The position numbers and the translations under genes were made by a program. A stretch of DNA of 62,475 bases, filler included, from Platydemus manokwari (Eukaryota), in the NCBI GenBank assembly GCA_037951405.1. It is 5 parts of 5 records of this genome, joined end to end, with 100 filler letters (N's around TTAATTAATTAA, not from the genome) between each part and the next. Parts side by side here need not be neighbours in the genome. Positions count along the whole stretch, not along the records: positions 40,466 to 53,064 come from JBBMOY010060013.1; positions 53,165 to 62,475 come from JBBMOY011267651.1; 3 more parts are not named here. One strand, written 5' to 3'. Below the pieces are notes generated by a model. It was not told where the DNA came from. It worked only from the letters and a program-made list of their open reading frames with translations, and searched no databases. Shown in pieces: positions 42,209 through 55,265 of the stretch (its first letter is position 1; every line of letters starts with the position of its first letter).

Positions 42209-44883
42209 GGGAAATAATTACATACAGTAACATATATAAATATATATATTTTTTTAATATATACTAATGAGAGCGCTACACATGAGATAATCAATTTCAC
42301 ATCTTATTACTGCAATTGCAATTGATATTATCTATTTATATATATTTTAGTATGCATGAATGCATGGTTGGCAACGGTTTGTGAATGGTATGGTATGGTC
42401 TGTATTTGTGTATGTATTTATGTTTGAATTTATTGTTTGAGTCGGTTGTCTGTTGTTGTTACCTATGAAATACTGATGCTGATGATGATGATAATAATAA
42501 TAATAATAATATTTGTTATTCTTTTATAGATGTTATTTTATTTCTTTTTTCAACAATGAACGATTTTTATTAGTTGCTACTTATATACATATGTTATATT
42601 CTCTTATCAGTTGATGATGGTTGTTTTTAATGTGAACATTTTGAAATACCTATTTTTCTATATATAAAAATGGGACATTTACGCAATTGTGACTTCAATC
42701 ACCGAATTGTTCATTTGTATCAATTGAAATTGATATTTGTCTTATTTATGGCTTCCATTTGTAAAAAAAACTGCTTTATTTAGCTTGTATAGAACAGATG
42801 GACTTATGTATGGCGTGTGTTGTAAATATGTAAGTCGTGTCAATTTTTTGTATTTACAAAACAATTCAATGAGCTCATACAAATATATTTTTGAGTTTTT
42901 ATTGTTTCAATCTTTATCCCACCACCACCAATAGATGGTTATTTGCTTTGTTATTATTTTATTTAAATTATTATTGTTATTTTATTGTTGACATGATATA
43001 TATTGATTTGAGTAGTAGTAACTATGTGGATTTGTTTTCACGTGAATTTTTATTGTAAAAAACAATTTCTGTTTGTATGTTGTAAATAAATAACTAAATA
43101 AACAATATTGTTGGAGAAAGAAAATTCATGTTTAATGCAATATAGTTGGTAACATTTATTTCATTTATGATGTTAGTTTGAACAAATAATTGTAAAATTT
43201 GAATTGTTTTATGTCAAATAGTTGCTAAACGTGTAGATGGTCTTTCAAAAAAGTATTTAAAGTTATTGTTTCAATACAAAATTACCATTATTTTATTAAA
43301 TATTCATTAATATATTTATCATTTACATTGACAAGCGAAAGTATATGTTGGTTGTTTTTTTTTAAAAAAATGGATTTTGGATTAATGTTTTTGAAAAAAA
43401 TTAAAGCCTCTGATTGGTTATTTGAAAGAATTAAGAAAAATTCTAATAATCTGTCAGTAATTATGACTGAAATTTTAGAAAATTTCATAAGCCTTTCCAA
43501 AAATCTATTTTCAATTTCATTGCATTGATTATATTTGATGTTTTATAATCTGTAGAGTAATTCAATAAATTGTCCGAATGAAAAATCTCTCTGTAATGCA
43601 ATTACATCTCGATCAATAATGTTGAAGTTTTTATGCTTCTCTCTCTCCAATAGTCTAGTAAAGCAATTATGTATTGAGAATAGTAAATGATGTAAGTATT
43701 GATGGAGAAATACCAAGAGAGAATATTTGTTTGCATTTGTTGAGCTGACTCCTGGTAGCAGTTACTGAAATGCATTTTGTTAATTTACATTACTGATACA
43801 AATTTCCATTTTAAATTCTATTAGTTAATTTAGAATTTTTTATAAACTTTCATTTTTATAAAATTTTACAATTAAACATTTATTTTCTTTCTTTTTAGTG
43901 TACTTTATGAATTTTACAATTATTTATGTAGCATGATTTTATTTTAATTAACGAGTGTTATGAATCTCCAAAATTAAGAATTTAAACTATTCCAGATAAA
44001 ATCTTGGATTATTATTACTTTTTTAATTTAATGCATTGAAATTCTCTGAACTTTTGAGGACAAGAATTTTATTACAGAACTCAATACAAAAATATGCCCT
44101 TTTGTTGGTAAATTTGATTGGTTGTGGATTTTTTTGGAAGATGGCAAAGAGATTAATAATCTCTGACATTAGTACGATATACTCTCACGAGATCTATGTG
44201 TTTGTAGGTAGATCCTTCGAAGACTCATTCCTGGTCATTGGATAAGTCGATAATTAATTAAATATTATATCAATTACGAATGTTTGTGGCACGTACAGTA
44301 CTCACTGATAGAAACTCAGAATATTTTAATAAACAGAAACTTAAAGAATTTTTTTAAACATTGAAATAATATTCCTTGAGAGGTTTGAATAATCCTTATT
44401 AATTAATCTTTATAAGTCTAAAAATTTTCGCTTCAAGACGAACATCATTTAAATACCTCTGGTTCTGGCATTCATATCTACTCAACAGAGTGTATTTTAT
44501 AAAAAAAAAATGAAACAACCATTAATCGAATGATCAACAGCAATTACTGCCTCTAATAAGTCTCAGCATATTCAATATTTACTTTATTCTATGATTACTG
44601 TTAATAAAAATATTATATTCACTTAATTTTAATTTTTATGCCATTTACTCAACTTAGAAGACAACCAATTATTATGATTTATATTCTTGATATAAACACC
44701 ATAAATACAGTTAATACACAAATTATAAGCTCATACTAGTACAAGATATTAACAGGAATCTAGAAGGTCAATTAGTAGAGATCACAAGTGCCGGCATTGA
44801 TTTTATTTCTAGCATAGTAGAAATATCAAATCATATTCAATAGTCTACCCTATTATTTTATTGACATTTTAATAAAGATGTAT

Positions 44884-45916
44884 TGTTTAATAAATCGTAC
44901 ACACAAGTTAATACTGATATGCAATTAATAATTCAAAATTATAACAAATATACAGAAAATGCGAAAATCATTGCGAATATAAAAACAGCAATATGTCAAA
45001 CATTTAAAAACAAAAGAACCAATAATGATCAATATCGATTTAACATAGCGATATATACAACTGGTTATTGAAATGGGTTGTTATCTAATATCGGTTTGTC
45101 TTATTTGTCCATAGTAATAAAATTTATTTATAATAATTTATCCATAAAAGATAGGTACATATATAACCAAAATAAGGCTTGGCTGGAGAACACAGGTATC
45201 AAAATTGTTTTCTAGTCATACAAATGTTTCTTAATAGGCAGATATTTCCTCAATTAGACGACTGATCTGCACTATACGTCCGCAAGCGCCCAGGTTAGAT
45301 TGTTGAGAATTTGATTGGCTGAGCAACAGGACCACTAAATGGCGTTTGTCTTTCGGGACCCGAAGGATACTTTTCACACTTCCGAGTACCGATCACTCCG
45401 CAATCGACGATGGTTATCACCTACAATTGGACTCAGCAAGGAAATGTGCTCACTTTCATTGTTGAAAATTCGTAATCTTCCACGTCCAGGAGAATATCTG
45501 AAATATTTACAGAACCATATGGTTAAGTATGGTTATAATCAATACCACCCAAACGAATTAAATTTACTAGAAGATAATTTTTTTGAGTAAAGTTTAAATC
45601 ATAATAATATAATTTGTAATAAAGCTCTGAAGGGTCTCACTTTAGGGCAATATCATAAAATCTATATTTCTAAAAGTATAAGGTTTATAGTTGAGTTCTC
45701 ACTATCTCGGTGAGACAACTCTACCTATTTGTTTATTAAATTCTCGGTCTGAGTTAACTTGTTTGAATCTAATGGTGATTTATTTTGATTAATTTTTTAA
45801 ATAAAACTTTATAAAAAACTTGAGTGTTTGTTTTTCTTGAAATTAAATAACAAGGGAAAGAACTGACGCTGTTGAGTTGACCAAACAACCTTTTAAACAT
45901 CACATACAACCCAACA
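44884..45916 (+). mobile_element. LTR-like family A copy, ~1.03 kb, at the 3' end of the non-LTR element
   Basis: The 3' ~300 bp align with 16850-17133 and end cacatacaacccAACA. TG start with matching 4-bp flanks GTAT (44880-44883, 45917-45920). Internal gattggctga (reverse CCAAT) and a near-palindrome tctttcggg-a-cccgaagga. Confidence 0.6.
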
Positions 45917-45920
45917 GTAT

Positions 45921-48900
45921 TGTGGGTAGACCGGATCACTTGTGTGATTAATAAATTCGAAAGTTTATTTACAGTCTTTTTATCGAAGCCTAAAAGATTG
46001 AAAGCCTTATCGTTTTGAGAGTCTCAAGAACCAAGAATACCAAGTTTTATGAATTCAAGGTAAGAGTCATGTCGATCCGCCGGCAGATATCAACAGCGAG
46101 TTGTGATTATTTATATGGGTTATTGAAATGAATTATAATAAGAGATTTTCAAGTTCAATATTGCAGTAAGCTTTTTCTTTAAGTCTGACAACTAAGTTGA
46201 GAGCATCTCGACAGGTGTTATGTCAAGGTCAACATCAGGCCCACGAGAGCGAAGAAAGGAACCTAGAGTATCTAAAACACCACTATGACGAGTAGAAGTA
46301 AGTTTTGGTGTTGCAAGACAATGAATAAGAGCATGTGCAGCAGATTCATGAGAGACAATACATCTTAGACAAGCACTTGATAAATGTTTTTGAGCACGAA
46401 ATGGCTGAAAGTTTAATTTCAGAAGATTATTCCTAACTCTAATGATAAATTCCCAAAGTTCAGGGTGGAACCGATGATCTTTGAGAACTTTATGACTTGG
46501 TAAAAATGAAAGACAGAGAGTGGATTTCTATTGATATGTACATTTGGTCCAACCATGAAAGAAAACCATTGCCACAGCATCATGTAAGATTTGACAAAAT
46601 TTGTGTCTGTGAAGAGATGATATGTGAAAGATCTTATTAGAGTTGGCCGGTGTGATGCTGAGAATAATAGAAGAGTACTCAGTGTGAAAGATACAATCAG
46701 TGCCAAAGCTACGAAGTCACCGAATAGCATGACTTACTTTGAATCACTAGGTAATCTTCGGTTCATAAACAGAAGGAAGTTTAACCGACAGCCATTCAAG
46801 AGCTCGTTCAAGATTTGAAGAGTTCCGTGGAAACAAACAAGCATCGGTTTCATTGATCAAGTGAGCAATGATAAAATTACTGAAGAATATATCACAGCCA
46901 TTAAGAAAACTGAAAACCCCAGCAATTGACTATGCAAAGTAATCATAGAGAGCAGGCATAATTCAAAGCTCTCCAATTTTACGACGAGTATAAAAGAAGT
47001 TGTTATTCAGTTTTTGTACATAGTATTTACCTATAATACCACTGACTAGTTCACGATTTTTCTCATCAAAGCCTGTAAGAATCGAAAAGGATATATTCCA
47101 TGAAGTGAGCTAAGTTGTTGTGTAATCACGTCACGAATACGAAGACGGAAAGGTAAACATGAGTGGAGAAAAGTCTAAAAGCCATGTATGTTTTATGCAG
47201 GGTGGAGAAGAAAATCAATGAAAATCTGAAAGAATATTGTCTAGTTAAAAAGTGATACTAGAGCGTTTTGGTTTTCCAAAAGGAACTCCAAGGTTTTGAT
47301 ATAGATTATTCTGATCGACAAAGGGGACGAGTTGTTGTTCATTTTAATTTCATTTTTGTGATTCGAGTTACCAACATAATTCCCATATTTTTCTCCATTT
47401 AATGTCATGGACACAGTATTTACACTGTTTACAATGTGTGTTAATCTATGTTGAAGATCCTTCCCTATGGTTTCAATTACGACAATGTCGTCTGCATATG
47501 CAAATGTAGTAAATGAAAACCCATAAATTGTTAAGGTTTTTCTATGTCTGCAGAGGACCTAAATAGGAAATATATTGAAAAACAATAAATAGTCATATTC
47601 AAGGGGCCAGCTTGTTTAAGATCACGAAGAGTCGGAATCTGCTTCGTGGTCTGCTTATTGGAGTGATATGTTGAATTCATGTTGTAGTAGAGTTCTTGTA
47701 TAAGACGTATAAGGTGAGCATTGCAACCCGTTTATTTTAAAGTTATCCAAATAAGTTCATGTGGTACGCTCGGAAACGCCTCACGTTGGTTAAGCCAACA
47801 GATATGGGAAAGGATTTTGTTGCGACAGAATTTTTCTCTCAAAATTGAAAGACAAGCATTGTGTTCTGCACAAGCATCTTGAGAAAGGAGAACTTTTTGA
47901 TTTGGTGGGAAAAAATTCCATAAACTATCCAATTCAGCAATCTATTGTTAAGGATGGTGGCAAAGACACAATAAGAGGTATTCTTGAGCTCAATAGGGAG
48001 CCAGAATGTTATAAAATGTGAGGTACACATTTGGCCTGGCTTGAGAAAGAGTATAGTTTTACAAGAAATTCATTTGGCTGGAATAATTCTGCTTACATAT
48101 ATACAGTTAAAAAAGAAACATATCTCTTCAGTAGTTATATTCTGACGAACGACAGAGTCTTAGAATAATGGAATATTAAGAGACCAGTAAGGTAGTAAAG
48201 GATCTGGAGCTGGAATGTTAAAATGATCGACAATATCTTCCATTGATGGAAAAGATAGTGGAGACGCAGAAGGCAATAGTTTCCTGACATCTGATTTTAG
48301 ATGGATATCATATTCTTTCCAGTGTCAAAAGTTAGAATGTGTTTTCTGCAAGAAAGAGTCAGAAGACAGCAAAGACTAGGTTCTTTTCACGAAAGTGATC
48401 AGGATGAAGACATTGAATTGCGCGTTTTCCACTATTTAAAATAGAGCTAATATCAGGTTCATCACCCGCAAATACAGGAATAAACTCAAGCAAGAGCGGA
48501 TGAGTAGAAGAACGACCTGATGTTTGAGCTGGCGGATAAGTTTCTTGATATCTTATAGTATTGGTAATCATGTGATTGATATCACCAGTGAGTGAAAGAC
48601 CTTCCGAAGAATGGAAGATAGGACTTTTATCACAGAAATCAAGAGTATATTGTATCAGAAAGAGACCACAGTAATCATCGTTGAGTTGGCAAGATAAACC
48701 TTCAATATGTAATTGTTTGAAGGTTATATTACAGGAAGAAGCAATAAGATAATGAAATAGTTTATCTAAGTTATCCCAGAGATTAGATTACTTTGAACAA
48801 AGTTGGGCAGTTGAAGGGTCAATAAAAAATAAAGACGACGAGAAAAATCAGCTATATATAAAGTCCAATGACGATTTTCCCAATTGGTCAGCAATAAAGC

Positions 48901-50009
48901 AATTTTCCATTTTCATAGTTTGTGGAAAGGAGAACAGAAGTAGAAAATTTTGTAATCTTTAAGAGTCAAGCCATTGCAGGCTGGGGTCTAATGAAGATTA
49001 TTTCTTCATTCCAAGAAAGCGTAGTTCGAACAAAAGCCTCAATGGCTGGCTAGCTTGGTCAATTGCTCACAAGATCTTCATTTGTGAGTGAAAGGTATAG
49101 GATGTTGTCCTCAGGACTATTGGCTTGAACCTCTGTTTGGTGTTTTGCAAAATGACTTTTCATTGCTGCGTTTTCACAGAGAAAGCCCAAAAAACATTCG
49201 ATTTTTTAAGTCCCATCCTTGAATTTATTCTGTTTACTTAAGTGTTTTTGAATATGATTGATAGACTTGAAAGGAAAGACATATTCTTGAGGGCAATATA
49301 TACATCTAACATGTGAAGTAGAGATCATGATTAAATTATCACTGATTTGGGGAACCACCAAAAAGTTTAGTCAAAGAAATGATAGGAATATTTTGAGAGA
49401 TTTTCGGAAGGAACATATACAGAGGTATTAGAAAAAAGAGAAGGAGAAACAATTTGAAGAGGAGTTGGTTCAATTACAGAACAATCATCACCGGAAAGAT
49501 CTATGTAATTTGAATTAGGTTGATTAGTATCGAGAAGGAGAAAGGCTAGATGTGGGAGTTGAAAGAGCAACATCATCGATATCATAGCTACTAAGATAAG
49601 AGGGGATGACATCAAGATTTATATTTGTACAATTGAAAATATTAGTATTCAGAGAAAATGATATATGTACAGGAGAGTTGAAAGGGACCAAGACTGGAGT
49701 AGCATCAAGATCTACTTCATTTTGGTCAATGAGATTTTGAAAGGATTTTGAAGGTGAAAAGATAATTACAGGAGTAGAAAAAGTTGGAATACGTACACTA
49801 TCTGTTTTTAAAGCAACTTTACTAACGGAAAGATAATTAACAGGGACATAAAAATGGGAGATATCACAGTTGAAGTTGGGTTAGGAGGTGAAGAAGTTTC
49901 CTTATGTTCATTAACAGAATCTGGAAGAATTCCAAACAGTTTGAAAAAATAAGTAGAACTATTTGCAAATTTATAAAAAGCCAAACGGAAAGCAAGAGCT
50001 AATCAGATT
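45921..50009 (-). mobile_element. Decayed NeSL/R5-type RLE non-LTR retrotransposon with Ulp1-like cysteine protease
   Basis: Minus-strand order: P/S-rich N-terminus; C2H2-like fingers (VRCIYCP...HIQKH ~49240-49310; MKSHFAKH ~49140); C48 protease motifs RHWTLYIAD (~48870), FFIDP and CQLNDDYCGLF (~48670); RT motifs AFPSVPH (~47770), FAYADDIV (~47485-47505) and NLGVPFG (~47285); CCHC knuckle CLRC...HALIHC with RH (~46285-46375); PD motif (~46235). Many stops and frameshifts. Confidence 0.9.
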
Positions 50010-50668
50010 TGATGTGTTCTGGGGTTACTTGTTTAATTTTCTTATCAGTCTCTATATTCTATATCTTATTGTGGATCAACGTCGTCTTGACCAGTCTCTG
50101 TGAGCTCTGATCAACCCCTTAAGGTACACTCTATGAAACCTTATTTTATAATCTTCTGTCTTTACCTTGCTATCAATACTATATGGAGATGATATGATAG
50201 GCAGCAATGATCCGAACACTATATTTTATAACTATCAGTCTCAAAATTAAATGTCCTATATCTATATTCTATCTAATCAACAACTCAACCAGCAATTGAT
50301 ACAGTAATGTTTATTGGTTACGAAATATACACCAAATACAAAATTATACAAATTGTTTTGTGTTTTTGAAATACAATATACAATGATAAAATAAATCTAG
50401 ACGATGACACCTACAATTCTGGAAAATAAGATAATATAATATATTTCATTTTAAATAAATATCGTAATAAATTATTGCGTAATAACATATTTTCCAGATT
50501 ATAGGCTTACAATAAAATGAAATTATTGCTACATTGCAATAAACTTAAAAATATCACTACAATGCTGTGAAAATAAAAATAGTTGCTTCATGCAAGAACA
50601 ACTAAATGTTTCGATTTTTAGCATTATCATCAAAATTTAATCAACTTTAGGCGTCAATAATTGTTACA
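50010..50668 (-). mobile_element. LTR-like family B copy between the two non-LTR segments
   Basis: Colinear homology with 32931-33832 and the same TTGTTACA end. Confidence 0.6.
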
Positions 50669-50669
50669 T

Positions 50670-51970
50670 TTTTCACCAGCTAAAAATCATTACAAAACTA
50701 ATTGATATATTATCACTATCAAATAATTACACAAGATATTGTTATAGTCAAATTTGTCACACTTGTCAGAACCCCAACAGATTTATGGTTTGTGGTAGAT
50801 TGTACATAGCATGTACATTTCATTTTTTTTAACAGGCTATCAATCATATTCGTATTTGTCAAAAAGTCAAGGGTACTTAAGTTATCACTGATTTTACCCA
50901 TACTAAGACAGAGCGAAAACTTCTCTCGAAAGATTTGCAGACATTTCTTGTATCCACAAGGTAAATTTTGCAATAGGTCAAAAGAGTAGAACTGTAGAGT
51001 AGAACTATGGAGGTAGATTTTATTGTCAGGCAGCAGTGTGTTGGTGTTTGTATATTTGATATCATGATTTTGAGCTGCGAGAAGTTTTTCTTTTATGGGG
51101 TATTATTATCTGATGGTTTAATTAGAATTTCATCAATTTTACACGTGATTTTGGCTACAGGCTGACTAAAAATCAAAAGGCCCGAGAAAATTTGTGAGTA
51201 TTTGTCTGTACAGTTTTTACAGTCGCAGTTAAGTAGACTTAAAATAGTCCTTATTTTTTAATTTTTACCTTATTGGGTTGGCAACAGTGCACAGGTTTTG
51301 TTTTTAAATTCTATATAAACATGATTGAAGGATTTGTGCTGTTCGCTGTTTGACATTTGGCAATTTGGGCAGCTACAGCGTAGTGCACCAATGTCATTTG
51401 TTGTTTGTTTGATTGTTCTTCTAAGAATTCTATGGGTGCATTTTGAGGTTATCAATGCACTTGAATGAGAAGAGATATTTATTGTTTCATCACTGTAGAC
51501 TAGAATGATTGAATTTTTGTCCTGAGTTTCTAGGGTAGAAATTGTTGTCCCCAGTCGATTGTCTGTTTCATTAATAATTTAAAAATGAAGAGTTTTCACA
51601 TTCGAATTTTTTGAGAAATTTTCGGAGTTTTTCTTCTTCATAAGAAAAGATAGGAATTCTATGTTTTCGCTTCCACTTTTCATTTTGTTTCCGTTGGAGT
51701 ACCGAAATGTTTCTCGTATCGTTCGAAAGGGCTTATCTTGGAGAACCGATGTACGTCGAGAAAAAATTTCCGAATTTTAGGTTGGATTTGCCCATCGAAA
51801 GTCTGAGCCTTGTTGGATTGGTCTTCCTCTTTAGATTCTATCTAAAAAATTTTCTTTTAGGGAACACTGACTGATAACTATTTGGTATTCTTCTGCTGGT
51901 CATCTCATATGATCCCTACTAAGTAAAACCGAGGTAGCTCAACTGTACTCTAACACAGAGATGAGCGTGT
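50670..51970 (-). mobile_element. Probable 5' portion (leader and decayed zinc fingers) of an R2/NeSL-like element
   Basis: Minus-strand remnants CSCPNC...HKSFNH, NCDCKNC and PCGYKKCLQIFREKFSL (C-x4-C-x3-F-x5-L), preceded by a GC-richer leader at ~51700-51970. Confidence 0.45.
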
Positions 51971-53064
51971 GTTAAATTATTCAACTTTGAATTTTCAAAA
52001 TAAAATAGTCCTCATATTCACCTTCTTTAAAATATTATTTTCAACGTGTCATTTTTATCTTGTAATCGTAACTTCTTTTATCTTTCTTATCGTTTCATTT
52101 GATCCGTCATGTCTTTATAGGTCTTTATTTCGTAATTCTTTTTATGCCCTTACTTTGCCCTCTATATTAAATTCTAGTTTATTTATTTCAACAGTTTTTC
52201 CTTTATACTTTTTTAATTTATACACTATTGGTATGCTACTTTGATTTGTCTATTTTCTTTAAAATATAAGTTCTGCTTTGTTTCTGTACCTGTGACATTC
52301 AATGTGTATTCAATCTCTGGTTATATCAAAACCGACTTTAAAATTTCAAACTTAAGAGATCCAGAAAATTAATAAGAAGTATCTTGTAAAGTGTATCGAA
52401 GAAATTAATAGGTATTTTGACAATGAAATTGGGGAAATTAACAAAAACTTCGGAGATTATCCTTCTTTATGACATGAATTTATTAATATAAATAAGACAA
52501 GTATTGATAATCTAGATTATCAATTGCATTTGGTAACATTTTAAAATGATTTACTTGAACTGGTTTATTAATGTTTAATCATTCTCTTAACTATAGTTCA
52601 TAATGTGAATTTAAAGTTAGTTCAGGCATGCAGAATTCTAAAGATTCAAGAAATAATTTTCCTTTTCATTTTTTACCGTTAAATATTTTTTCCGTCTCAC
52701 ATTAAAGGTAATTTTCTCATAATTAAATACAAAGGTCGATTATAACTTCCTAAAAATTCAAATATTTGTTTTAATGATAGTATTCTTATAATTTAATTTT
52801 TCAGATTGTTAAAAGCTTTCCATCTTTTTAGACTTTTATTGTCTTTCTCTTTCCTAGTTTTATCAGGAATTCGACTAATTAATACTCCATTTTAGTTATT
52901 TGATTTATCTAATAAAAATTTAAATGTAAGATATTTCACCATCATTTCAGTGTTTTCAATTTCGCAAGTTTCAATATTAAACTCGTTAAGTTAAATAAAT
53001 TTGAGGAAAATTTATTCTCTAAAGTATTGTTATAATTAACTTCCTCATCAACACAAGCAGCATT

Positions 53065-53164
53065 NNNNNNNNNNNNNNNNNNNNNNNNNNNNNNNNNNNN
53101 NNNNNNNNTTAATTAATTAANNNNNNNNNNNNNNNNNNNNNNNNNNNNNNNNNNNNNNNNNNNN
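53065..53164. other. Artificial contig spacer
   Basis: 44N-TTAATTAATTAA-44N. Confidence 0.98.
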
Positions 53165-54945
53165 ATCTGAATTCAACAATTGACTGGTGAACATTCAAAA
53201 TATGGCAACAATCATAGAAAATCACCAATGTCATGAGAGATGTAGGACAAAATTGTAAACAGATTGACATATCGGCCACTATATCGAATAAAAAGCGTAC
53301 AATTGAACACATCATAACCCCATGAAAGAGTTGGATTTCATTAGCAGCCTCTAGTCTTTTTGGTTAGTATCTTTCATTGTGTTTCACTTTAAATGATTTC
53401 AATGTGGAACCAGTCTTTGTGATTGTCTTTTGATCTGTGCACTGTGTGAGCATTTTAAATAAAAATTTTCCAAGATTCAATTTTATATAAAATTTAATTT
53501 GGTATAAAATATTTTTTGTATAAGCCAAATTAATTTGTTTAAATAAATGGATTTTAATATAATTGGACGTCGTTTTCAATGAGTGATTTTTAAAATTAGT
53601 AGTGGCTTATATATTGTATATTATTCGCAATCTCTGAAAAAATTGTTATACATTATGAATCTAATTGCTTATAAGACACGGTTAAAGTGAAAGTCAATAT
53701 ATTTTAAACTCTATGAAAAATATGTCTACGAAAAACAGTTCTCGAAATATCAACTAGATGCCCATATTTTTCGTTAAAATTTTGAGTGTAGGTTGAGTGT
53801 TGGATTAAAAGTAATTAGTGATTCGTATAGTGTGTGATAAAAAACTTATAATTAATTATTGATTTAACGTTTCATTTATTGATTAAATCAATAAGCAAAT
53901 TTAAACTTTTAGCTGCGATTCTCTAAGTTGAAAATCTACTTTGGGTCTCAGAGCCAGTATGAATAGAAAAACGAACAATTATCAGAGTATTACATGATAA
54001 AATTAATTTCCAGTCGTTATCATTTGTTTCTATCAAAATTTAGTACAGAAAAATTATTTTAGTGAAGAGTTTTTGTAGAGAAATTAATGAATATTTGAAA
54101 TTAATGTGAAAATTTTTCGAGATTGATTATTTAAGTAAATTAAAAGAATGATAAAAATAATAGTAAGGCGGACCTAAAATTTTTGAGCATTTTAAATCTA
54201 ATAAAATATTTTCAAACATGCAAATTAAAACTAGTGCTGTTGAGTTGTCATATAAAATCACACACATCAATAAGTTTAGCTAAAATTATAAGATTATGTA
54301 TCACATATTATTATTTATTGATAAATTAAACGGCTAAATCATATCACCACCACATTTAATCCCCAAAGTAACTCTTACTATTAAAGACTTGCAAATTCCG
54401 TATAGTTGTGAATTACGAATAAACAAATCAGAGTATTAAAGACATGTAATAATTAATGAAATTTTAAAAAATTATAAACCTTATAAAATATTAAAAAACA
54501 TACTTTACAAAGCTTGGTGTAATGATAAAAATATTAATTAAATCATATAATTGAGTTACTTATGTATTTATTAAATTGATGCTTTCAGAAGGTGAGTGAA
54601 ATACTTATAATCTTAACTGAATTATTTAATCTAAATTATTTATTATTTTATAGAATTTCTACAATATTAGAATTATGTATTACTTCTAAATTTAAACCTT
54701 ATGAATAATAATATTAATTTTTAGTCTTACTTCGCAGAAATTATAAATTCATAAATAACTTTTAAAAAGTAAAGAAATAAAATAAATCACTACTACTTAT
54801 TAATTAGAAAAAATTAACATTAATGCTGTTTATTAATTTTCGTTTTAATCATATAATTAATAAACATTTTCAAATTACGACGAATTATTTTGTCATACTA
54901 ATTTTGACATGAATTTTGACTATATTTAATTATTTTTTATTTTAG

Positions 54946-55265
54946 TCTGCTATTTTTAATTTCCAAAGTCTACTCACAGTGATATTGTTGCTGATTTGTA
55001 CATGCACTTATATCAGATTTTTTATGCCTTCCATTCTTGATCGTCACAAAACAGGGTTAATTTTTTATCTACGATTTCGATAATTTTGAATTTTATTTTA
55101 TAATTTTCAATTTAGACTTTTAGGGTTATTTTGGAAATGTGCAAGAATAGGTTAAGTGCTTCTAATGAAATTAATTTTTTAAATATTTTCAATATAGGTG
55201 AACGAAAAAGTCCTTGGGTGGCGTCGTGTTGCATCCTGATGTCTTTTTATGTATTATGGTGTTAA
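54946..55265 (+). CDS. TMEM167: Protein kish / TMEM167; initiator ATG must be supplied by splicing
   Basis: Exons 54946-55055, 55116-55150 and 55198-55265; GT-AG introns of 60 and 47 nt, phases 2 and 1. Spliced translation (M)[70 protein letters not shown] closely matches the kish-A family. Not in the ORF track. Confidence 0.95.

Noticed and set aside
46624-46818. Plus-strand ORF here, and ORFs 18428-18661, 23232-23543, 24394-24630, 24545-24784, 30543-30728, 57732-57935
   Set aside because: Antisense shadows of real exons or of transposon and pseudogene coding strands.
10150-53164. Recurrent TTAATTAATTAA palindrome inside N runs
   Set aside because: Synthetic six-frame-stop linker, not biology; ORFs 19778-19969 and 53109-53315 run into it.
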